Source: Escherichia coli
GTDB taxonomy: Bacteria > Pseudomonadota > Gammaproteobacteria > Enterobacterales > Enterobacteriaceae
Assembly: GCF_013315695.1 (NCBI RefSeq)
Contig: NZ_CP054354.1
DNA length: 64,000 bases
Direction: 5' to 3' (one strand)
The notes beneath the pieces were generated by a model. That model saw only the letters and a program-made list of their open reading frames with translations. It searched no databases and was not told the DNA's origin. Position numbers and translations under genes: made by a program. Shown here piece after piece: positions 56,692 to 64,000 of this stretch (position 1 is the stretch's first letter; every line of letters begins with the position of its first letter).

Positions 56692-59600
56692 TCATCGGCC
56701 GGGGCTGTGGGATTGTGCCTGTTGCAGAGTTTTTTCCTGCCTGTCCTCCGCCTTTTGGCTGTCAGACCACTCTTTCCAGGTCTGCTCAAAACCCAGAGAG
56801 CGGAAAAGCTTGTCCGGTTGCTCTTCCGGTTTGTGGATGGCGGCAAACAACGGGGAGTCCTGTTGCTTCAGGTGAAACTGCATTATTTGTGGGGACGGAC
56901 GCTGATGATTATTCTCATCATGGTTAACAGCTTCACCGTAACCGGCAAACTGCAGACCGTTATCCGTCAGGGCATTGATAACCAGCTGACGGTTGTCAGC
57001 TGACGGGGTGGCCAGTGCCGGGTAAAGGGTGCCGTTCAGGCGGACCACGCCCTGCAGATGATCATCTGCGCTGTGGACCAGCAGAAGATTCAACTGACGA
57101 TTGTCCTTATCGGCAGAGGCGATGGCTGGTATCAGTTCATTGGGGGCATTACCAGCGAGGGGGAGTCGCATTGATTGATCCTGAGGTGCTGATGCAGGTT
57201 GCCTGTCTTCACCAATGTACAGATTATTGGGAGGATTTTTGGGGGAGCGAACTTCCTGCATTATCTGTGGCCAGTGTTGTTGCATCTGTAACATCACCTG
57301 GCTGAATGTTGCCATCGGAAACTCCAGGGTATGCTGACCCGCATGAGGTTGGTCATTATTAACGGTAATGCCGTTACTGACCGGGGTTATGGCCCAGATA
57401 TTACGGATACGATCCCGCGTTTCACCGGACAGCCGGAATGTTTCTCTCGCCTGCAGTGTCAGTGTGACGGGGTCACCCTTCTGATGGTTTTTGACCAGTT
57501 CTTCCAGGCCGTTTCCCCAGTATTCCCGTTTGCCACTGCGGTTGGTGAGCTCCACAAAAAAGCAGCGCCCTTTTCCGGGCGCATACTCTTTTTCTCCGTA
57601 GTTTGTCAGGACGGCAGTCACACTTTCACCGGGGCTGAGCTTGCCGGGCGGCTCTTCCACCGGTGTGTCGGGTTGCTGCGGCTGTGCACTGACAGGGGCT
57701 TTTTCTGGCGCAGACGACGGGGCGGCGGGGTGTTCCGGTCTGTCGGCCCGGGGGGCTTCAGCTTTTGCCGTGACCGGCGCTTCCGGATGCGGTGTTTCAG
57801 CCGTACTGCCTGCTGTTTGTTCAGCCTCTGCCTTCGGTGACACAGGGGGAGCCGGTTGGGCCATTGTTGTCTCTTCCGGTGACTGGCGGTTGAGTTCCGG
57901 CGTGGGTCTGTGGGTGACAATGGCATCATGCGCCATCTCTTTTTCCTTGCGGAGTTTTTCCAGTGCTGCCCGCTGGGCCGGGAGTTTCATGCGAACCTTG
58001 ATGTCGTATTCGACAATCAGCTGCATGGCTTTTTGCTTAAAGGCATCACTGCCGGTCAGCTCGATAACGCCGCCATAGAAGTTGGTGGCCACAGCAAGGG
58101 CAGCCAGGACCTTTTTGTCATCCGCGCTGGCGCCATCCACCATTTCGAGACAGTAGAGTCTGTCCAGGAAGGCGGGTTCACCGTCAACGCTGTAGAGCGC
58201 AGTCCTGTCGGGAAACTCTTTGTGTGTAAGATTTTTAAGGATCTCGTCCAGGTTGTGCCGCTGCGGACTGTCGGGACGGCGGGGTGCAAAGATAATCGTG
58301 TCCGGTTCCGCTGACGATGTGTCTTCCGGGCTGGTTTCCGGTGGTGATGGTGGTGCGACCTCCTCTGTTGCTGTTTCAGCCTCCGTGGGCTTTTTCTCCT
58401 GAATAACGGAAGGTTCTGAGGTGCGTGATTTCACACCGGTCAGAAAACGGCGCAGACGGCTGAAAAGCGATGGCGTTTCAGGGCGGGCTGCTTCATTCGC
58501 TGTGCTGGTCTCAGTGGCGGACACAAGACGCTCTTCCTGCAGTTTATCTTCAGCCGTCGGTTCAGCGGTGGCCTGCCGGACTGGCTGAGTTTCTGCAGGT
58601 TCAGAAGGTGAGGCTGTTTCTGCTGTGCCGGTGTTGTGAACAGCAACCGTGGCATCGGCATTGAGCTCCTCAGCGGGTGCGTTCCTGTTGTCATCGGTGA
58701 TGTCAGAGGAGTGCTCTGCGCCGGTCTCAGCGGCAGACGCAACGCTCTTTTCCTGTGCTTTATCTTCTGCCGTCAGTTCAGTGGTCACCTGCTGAACTGG
58801 CCGCATCCCGGCCGGTTCAGAAACTGTGTTTGTCTCCGCGTTGTCGGTGTTGTGAACAGTGGGGGCCCCCGGAGTGTCAGCGTTGAGATCTTCCGCAAAT
58901 GCGCTCCAGTCGTCAGCGCTGGCCATGGAAACCTGCACTTGTTCTTCAGACTGCGTTGTGGTGGTGTGCTGTGTCCCGGCCGCGTCGGAGAGGGCGGTTT
59001 CCGGTGTGTCTTCACTCCGGGGATGTTCTTCTGCCTGCGTGCTCTGGTTGTCAGCGGTGGTGGCAGAGGCATTTTCTTCACCGGTATCAGCGGTAGCCAC
59101 AGAGGCATTTTCTTCTCTGGTATCGGCAGCGGAAACAACGTTCTCGTGTGGTTTATCTTCTGCGGTCGGTTCAGTGGTTGCCTGCTGCACGGACTGCATC
59201 CCGGCAGGTTCAGGAAGCGCTCCTGTTTCTGCTGTGTCGCTGTTGTGAGCGGTGTCTGTACCTGTGGCGTCTGTATTGAGGTCTTCCTGGTCGCCAGCGG
59301 TAGGCACAGAGGTATTCTCTGTGCCGGTATCAGCGGCAGACGCAATATTCTCCAGTGGTTTATCCGGGGATAACGTCTCCGCAGTTACTGATTGCAGGGA
59401 TGCATAGGCGGCATAGTCATCTTCATATGCCTGGTTTTCTGTATCGTCGGAGTGGGTGTCATAAGGCGTATCCTGTGTCGCCAGCTCCGTTTCCGGGGCT
59501 GTGCTCTGTCTGTTTTCAGGGGACATTTGTGGCTTCTCATCTTTTACCGGTGTGAATATCAGGTTGTCGATCACGACAGCCTCACGATGGTCGGCAGTGT

Positions 59601-60753
59601 CACTGTTGGGTGTGGGGATACCGATATGTTTTAACTGTGCATTCATGGCATTCTGAAAGTTGTCCCGTCCCCGGCTGGCGTCCAGGTCATTGAAATCGGT
59701 CAGTCCCTGTGCTTTTTCCGCCTCCGTAAAGGCCGGAATAATGACTTCGCCATTCGTGACTTCTGCGGCCTTTGTTGCACTAAAAACCCCTTTGTTAATT
59801 TCCCGTTGATGATCGTTGTCGGCACAGAAGACAAAGGGGCTGTCAGTCCAGATTTGGCGGGCATTTTCTGCCACGGCAATCATATTGCTGGCATCAACTG
59901 TCATCAGAACCGGAAGGCCGGTTGCTTCGTGCAGGGAGGCGGCAGTAGCGTAACCTTCCGCAAATAACAGGGGGCGGCCATTTTCCGGGGTTCCGAAGGT
60001 GAACCAGTTGCCGGTTTTCTCGGAGTCTTTCAGAATGCGGGCATCCTTCCCGCCGGTGACCGGAATACGCTGGTACGAACGTATTTCTCCCCGGCCGTTG
60101 CTGAAGGGAATAACCAGCTCATTTTTATTGTTCAGCCGCACGCCAGGCGCGGCCCGGATGCCCTTGCGCGTCAGGTATTCATGTGCTGTTGCCTGTGGCA
60201 ACCTGTTAATATAGGAGCGGGCATAGCCGGCCTGTTTGTTATACTGTTGCTGCAGTTTACGAGCGTTATCATCGCGCTGTTGCTGAGCGAATGCCCGCAG
60301 ATGCAGTCTGGCCAGAGGATCGTGTTGTTCTCCGCCGGAAAATACCCAGTTTGTGGGACTGTCATCGGCGCTCCGGTAGTCGCGGTACCAGCCGGCGGGA
60401 CGACCATCAAGATAGGCCCTGTATGCGCCACTTTTGGCCCCTTTTTTGTCATCCCGGGTGGCCACTCTGTGTATGGCTCCGTCCATCTGTGGCAATCCCT
60501 GAATAACCAGCCCGGCGTTTTCCAGGACCTGAGCAAATTCAGTGACCGGATCGCCGGCATCCATCGACAGTTCCTGTGGCCGGGGTAACCAGCGCTCCAG
60601 CAGTGAAAGTTCGGTACCCGCCCGGGCATACCAGAGCTTTTTTTCTGGATCCCATGCGACAGCTTTGCGGCCATTTAACGGGGGAACTGCATTTTTTACG
60701 GCTTCTGTCTCCTCAGGCGGGACAGCAAGCCAGGTTCGATATCTGGACTTCAT
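56692..60753 (-). CDS. sog: Sog-type conjugative DNA primase with repeat-rich linker
   Basis: 1353 aa; TOPRIM-like motifs (FAEGYATAASL, CADNDH) in the N-terminal third; central region of imperfect ~80-aa Thr/Ala/Glu-rich repeats; GGAG RBS. Confidence 0.85.
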   Translation of the reverse strand: MKSRYRTWLAVPPEETEAVKNAVPPLNGRKAVAWDPEKKLWYARAGTELSLLERWLPRPQELSMDAGDPVTEFAQVLENAGLVIQGLPQMDGAIHRVATRDDKKGAKSGAYRAYLDGRPAGWYRDYRSADDSPTNWVFSGGEQHDPLARLHLRAFAQQQRDDNARKLQQQYNKQAGYARSYINRLPQATAHEYLTRKGIRAAPGVRLNNKNELVIPFSNGRGEIRSYQRIPVTGGKDARILKDSEKTGNWFTFGTPENGRPLLFAEGYATAASLHEATGLPVLMTVDASNMIAVAENARQIWTDSPFVFCADNDHQREINKGVFSATKAAEVTNGEVIIPAFTEAEKAQGLTDFNDLDASRGRDNFQNAMNAQLKHIGIPTPNSDTADHREAVVIDNLIFTPVKDEKPQMSPENRQSTAPETELATQDTPYDTHSDDTENQAYEDDYAAYASLQSVTAETLSPDKPLENIASAADTGTENTSVPTAGDQEDLNTDATGTDTAHNSDTAETGALPEPAGMQSVQQATTEPTAEDKPHENVVSAADTREENASVATADTGEENASATTADNQSTQAEEHPRSEDTPETALSDAAGTQHTTTTQSEEQVQVSMASADDWSAFAEDLNADTPGAPTVHNTDNAETNTVSEPAGMRPVQQVTTELTAEDKAQEKSVASAAETGAEHSSDITDDNRNAPAEELNADATVAVHNTGTAETASPSEPAETQPVRQATAEPTAEDKLQEERLVSATETSTANEAARPETPSLFSRLRRFLTGVKSRTSEPSVIQEKKPTEAETATEEVAPPSPPETSPEDTSSAEPDTIIFAPRRPDSPQRHNLDEILKNLTHKEFPDRTALYSVDGEPAFLDRLYCLEMVDGASADDKKVLAALAVATNFYGGVIELTGSDAFKQKAMQLIVEYDIKVRMKLPAQRAALEKLRKEKEMAHDAIVTHRPTPELNRQSPEETTMAQPAPPVSPKAEAEQTAGSTAETPHPEAPVTAKAEAPRADRPEHPAAPSSAPEKAPVSAQPQQPDTPVEEPPGKLSPGESVTAVLTNYGEKEYAPGKGRCFFVELTNRSGKREYWGNGLEELVKNHQKGDPVTLTLQARETFRLSGETRDRIRNIWAITPVSNGITVNNDQPHAGQHTLEFPMATFSQVMLQMQQHWPQIMQEVRSPKNPPNNLYIGEDRQPASAPQDQSMRLPLAGNAPNELIPAIASADKDNRQLNLLLVHSADDHLQGVVRLNGTLYPALATPSADNRQLVINALTDNGLQFAGYGEAVNHDENNHQRPSPQIMQFHLKQQDSPLFAAIHKPEEQPDKLFRSLGFEQTWKEWSDSQKAEDRQEKTLQQAQSHSPGR

Positions 60754-60816
60754 GTCGTTCTCCGGGGATTAAAGATGAGGGCGTTGTGATACGCCGGGAT
60801 GATGAACAAAAGAGGG

Positions 60817-61107
60817 TTATTCCGTTCCGCGCCATTCACGGGGTAATTCTGTGCGATGCCGGTACCACCAGGGACGGCCTGACGCCTGTTTACCCTGCAC
60901 CAGGCTGTACAGACGCCGGCAGAGCGTCCGGACAGTCCATCCTGAGTACCCCAGGAGCACAAAAAACAGCAAAATGCCGCTGCACACCCAGAATGTTGTT
61001 TTTGACGGATACGGAAACAGCAGCAGGTAAATCATGGTAAACGGCAACGGGACACCATAAATATTCAGTGGCGGAGTGACATCCCGCCAGAAGCCTTCGC
61101 GTTTCAT
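60817..61107 (-). CDS. traK: TraK, small membrane protein
   Basis: 96 aa, two transmembrane helices; start overlaps traJ stop. Confidence 0.5.
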   Translation of the reverse strand: MKREGFWRDVTPPLNIYGVPLPFTMIYLLLFPYPSKTTFWVCSGILLFFVLLGYSGWTVRTLCRRLYSLVQGKQASGRPWWYRHRTELPREWRGTE

Positions 61108-62252
61108 TTGGGGAATTCTCCGGCCGGGATGAAGAGCGCAGCTTCTGATGCCTCAATGCTGCCCGTCTGATACATGGTCAGAACCTGATCCCGTATCCGC
61201 CGTTTTTCCTTGCGAATGATTTCATCAATGTAATGCCCCCATGTCGCATGGGACTGCCGGGAGAGCGTATCACGCAGTTCGTCAGTTATGACGATGTATT
61301 CCCGGACGGCCTGTCTGCCACCGTCATTTGTTCTGACCAGGACCTGCACCAGAATGAACTGCACCAGGGAAAGGGTGGCGGCTGCCATTGAATCCCTGAT
61401 TTCCGGTGGAAATAACCCCAGCAGCCGGGCAAAGGTTTCACCGGGTGATTTGGTGTGCATGGTGCCGATGCATAAGTGACCGGTGTTACCTGCCTGGACG
61501 GCTGCATCTGCCGTTTCATAATCCCTGATTTCACCGATACCGATGATGTCCGGGTTACGGCGAACGGCAGAGCGAAGTCCTGCCGCAAAACTTTCCACAT
61601 CACGCCCGATTTCGGCCTGATGGGGTGGCAGAAGGTCATTCTCTCCCCCCAGAATGTATTCCACCGGATCTTCATAGGTCACCGTTTTGCGGTCGGGGAA
61701 ATGCGTCTGAATGTAGCGGTACAGTGCCGCTGCCAGTGTGGATTTACCGGAGCCGGTCTCTCCGCAGATGAAACCCAGACCGGTTTTCCGGAGCATGGCA
61801 TCCAGCAGGTCCGGTTCAATATTCATGGTGAGGATGTCCGGAATATCGGACGGGATCACCCGCATGGTGACGGAGATTACTTTTTCTTCTGTTGCTGATG
61901 TTCCCTGAATCAGATGACAGCGCAGGCGAACACGCTGCCCCCGTTGCAGACCGTAGCGACCGGAGGCATCACCGCTGACCTGAATGGTACGGTCCACGGG
62001 ATGACCGGACAGCACCCGGGGAAGGACTTCCCGTCCAAACAATTCATCACTCAGCGCCATCATGATGGAGGACGGCAGAGGATGTGCGGACGAACGTACC
62101 CGCCGTCCAAAGCGACTGACAGATACCGGTGAGCCGCCTGTCAGATCGATATCACTGACGCGGTGTCGGGCACACCAGGCAAAAAAATAGCGAAACTCTT
62201 CGGCCGTGAAACGGGCGAAAGGGAATGTGCCGAACTCATCGGGTAATTTCAT
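61104..62252 (-). CDS. traJ: TraJ, PilT/VirB11-family traffic ATPase (DotB-like)
   Basis: 382 aa; Walker A GETGSGKST; GGAAGGAG RBS. Confidence 0.9.
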   Translation of the reverse strand: MKLPDEFGTFPFARFTAEEFRYFFAWCARHRVSDIDLTGGSPVSVSRFGRRVRSSAHPLPSSIMMALSDELFGREVLPRVLSGHPVDRTIQVSGDASGRYGLQRGQRVRLRCHLIQGTSATEEKVISVTMRVIPSDIPDILTMNIEPDLLDAMLRKTGLGFICGETGSGKSTLAAALYRYIQTHFPDRKTVTYEDPVEYILGGENDLLPPHQAEIGRDVESFAAGLRSAVRRNPDIIGIGEIRDYETADAAVQAGNTGHLCIGTMHTKSPGETFARLLGLFPPEIRDSMAAATLSLVQFILVQVLVRTNDGGRQAVREYIVITDELRDTLSRQSHATWGHYIDEIIRKEKRRIRDQVLTMYQTGSIEASEAALFIPAGEFPK

Positions 62253-63072
62253 CGGGGGCTCCTTCCGTGCTGACGACCGGACGCCAGCGTGATTTCTGCA
62301 GGGTGAATTCCGCGTGTGTCTTCAGACGGCGGACGTGGTCTCCGGTGATGAGTTTCCTGCCGTTACCGGTGACGGTCTGCCGCTGTTCAGTCACATCCGG
62401 GCGTGTGATCATGCCCTGACGCCAGAGCAGGGCATAAAGCATCATTCCCCGGTAATCCCGGGTCAGGCGTTTCTGGTTGGCTTCCAGGGTGAGGTCAGCG
62501 TTGTCACGGCCTTCCTGCCAGCCCTGGCGGAGTGCGTTTTCCCAGAGTCTGCGCTGTGCGCGGTCTTCCGGTACAACACGGCCCTCAGTTCCCGGGGTGG
62601 CGGTAGTGGAAAGCCCCCGCAGAAGCCAGTCACGCCAGCCCGGCGGGTTACTGACAAAACGTTCGGGGCGCAGGATGGTCCAGACACGGGACGCGGTTCT
62701 TATCTGGTCAGGCTGAATGTGAGCAACATCCTGCGCTTCATCAATAACAGGGGGTAGCCAGCCTTCCCTGCTGATAAGGGGACGGAAGTCATACAGGGCA
62801 TTCAGTGTACTTTCCCGGGCATTCAGTGCCTGAATCAGTTCCCATGAGCGCTGTGCTTTTCCGCCACGGAATCCCAGCGTTCGTCCGGCGTCCGTGAGCA
62901 TCTGGCGACGGGTGTCTGAAATGCCGTCATCCTGGTTGTCAGTGGGCGTCAGCCATGCCCGGAGATCCGGCGGTGGTAAATTGCCTGCCATACCGGCAGG
63001 GGGGCGATGGTGCTGTCCGGCACAGCCTGCCAGCAGGAGCCCGGACAGCAGGAGACAGACCTGTTTTTTCAT
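62236..63072 (-). CDS. traI: TraI, lipoprotein (DotC-like)
   Basis: 278 aa; MKKQVCLLLSGLLLAGC lipobox; start overlaps traH stop. Confidence 0.65.
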   Translation of the reverse strand: MKKQVCLLLSGLLLAGCAGQHHRPPAGMAGNLPPPDLRAWLTPTDNQDDGISDTRRQMLTDAGRTLGFRGGKAQRSWELIQALNARESTLNALYDFRPLISREGWLPPVIDEAQDVAHIQPDQIRTASRVWTILRPERFVSNPPGWRDWLLRGLSTTATPGTEGRVVPEDRAQRRLWENALRQGWQEGRDNADLTLEANQKRLTRDYRGMMLYALLWRQGMITRPDVTEQRQTVTGNGRKLITGDHVRRLKTHAEFTLQKSRWRPVVSTEGAPDEITR

Positions 63073-63527
63073 TTTTTCTCCGTTGGCATATAGGAAAGAT
63101 GTAAACGCCCGGCTGACTGTGAGAGGACTGCCCGCCAGGCAGTCTGGGCCTCTGTGAGACGAAGGGCATCAGCGAAGGTCATATCGCGTACATGGAGTGA
63201 GACGGGCAGGGGAAGACGCACGCCGCTGTAACTGAACTGTTGTCCGCGCAGACGGGCCAGCTCGCTCAGGAGCTCCAGAGCATCGCCTTCCCAGTCAAAG
63301 GAAACCCGCCCGCTGTGAGCCTGCAGGCTGCCTCCGGGCTGGCGGGAAGGCAGGGCTGCAGAATACGTGCCCTGCTCCCACAACTGATACTGTGCATGTC
63401 GTGTGACAGCGACTTCAGAAGCTGCACCGTACTTCCTGGCCGGTGCGGTATTATCCGGGGGAAGATGACAGCCGCTCAGACAGAGCATGGCAACTCCCCC
63501 TGCAAGGGTGATACGTTTTTTTTGCAT
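63069..63527 (-). CDS. traH: TraH, lipoprotein (DotD-like)
   Basis: 152 aa; MQKKRITLAGGVAMLCLSGC lipobox. Confidence 0.6.
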   Translation of the reverse strand: MQKKRITLAGGVAMLCLSGCHLPPDNTAPARKYGAASEVAVTRHAQYQLWEQGTYSAALPSRQPGGSLQAHSGRVSFDWEGDALELLSELARLRGQQFSYSGVRLPLPVSLHVRDMTFADALRLTEAQTAWRAVLSQSAGRLHLSYMPTEKK

Positions 63528-63630
63528 GGTTTTATCCGGAAAATAATGAACAGGACTGGCGGTGAGTGGCCAGAAGAGCGGAAACGAGCAGATTCAGGTC
63601 AGAAGCCCCGGGCGTCCCGGGGCGTGATAA

Positions 63631-64000
63631 TCAGAAGGTGAACTGTAACTGAGCAATGGCACCGTAGTTGTTGTCGGTGCCCACGAGGCCGGCGACATCA
63701 ATGTGAATCACATCAAACGGTGAGAGCCCAATCCCGGCAGTGAATGCACTGCCGTTGTTGCTGGCCAGATTCTGGCGGTAACCGGTACGTAACTGTGCCC
63801 ATTTCCAGGCATTAAACTCAGCACCTACGGCGGCAAACTGACGTTTGCTGTCTGATGTGAAGCCGCTGGCCGGGGTCAGATCCACATCCAGTGCCGTGGT
63901 GAACATGTCGTTGTGCCATGATACGCCGGTTGTTACCTGCGGACGGATCCTGAAGGTTTCAGTGACACCATGTACCTCTTTGGTCTCAATGCTGCGTGGG
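63631..64000 (-). CDS. 3' end of an upstream transfer gene (start beyond the window), outer-membrane-type C-terminus
   Basis: Frame is open from 64000 down to the stop at 63631 (I translated 63907-63999: no stop); C-terminus ...GAIAQLQFTF ends in aromatic-X-Phe typical of beta-barrel proteins. Confidence 0.5.
   Translation of the reverse strand, partial: PRSIETKEVHGVTETFRIRPQVTTGVSWHNDMFTTALDVDLTPASGFTSDSKRQFAAVGAEFNAWKWAQLRTGYRQNLASNNGSAFTAGIGLSPFDVIHIDVAGLVGTDNNYGAIAQLQFTF

Noticed and set aside
57641-59373. Several 100-245-aa ORFs on both strands within sog
   Set aside because: Generated by the repetitive GC-rich linker of the primase gene; Gly/Ser/Cys-rich low-complexity translations.

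Overview
This window reads as a large conjugative plasmid of the I-complex (IncI1-like) from an enterobacterium; that assignment is an inference from gene content and order, not from a database search. Left to right: a RepZ/RepA1-type replication initiator (1-1032) with a DnaA box downstream; a RelE/ParE toxin-antitoxin pair; a low-GC islet with a FinO/ProQ-domain operon; a ParA/ParG-like partition cassette flanked by 8-bp iteron arrays; the SOS mutagenesis operon impCAB with a LexA box; then a ~16-kb leading region (10.1-26.9 kb) carrying an orphan adenine methyltransferase, klcA, ssb, a ParB-like protein, psiB-psiA, ardA, an Rpn nuclease and many small unknown ORFs, interspersed with two families of GC-rich repeats that look like single-strand promoters. 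oriT (MOBP-type nic ATCCTG|T on the minus strand, ~27016) sits just upstream of nikA-nikB, so the leading region enters the recipient first. To the right, on the minus strand, are trbCBA, an accessory islet (35.1-42.6 kb) and a Dot/Icm-like type IVB transfer operon (traY back to traH, with the sog primase), which runs off the window end. The most interesting unexplained content is in the accessory islet: two tandem DinQ/TisB-like type I toxin modules with module-specific antisense-type repeats, a hok/mok-like module missed by the ORF track, and an AT-rich 528-aa protein combining HTH domains with a TnsA-like PD-(D/E)xK nuclease. No CRISPR array, rRNA, tRNA or IS transposase was found. All calls are from reading the sequence and ORF track; no searches were run.
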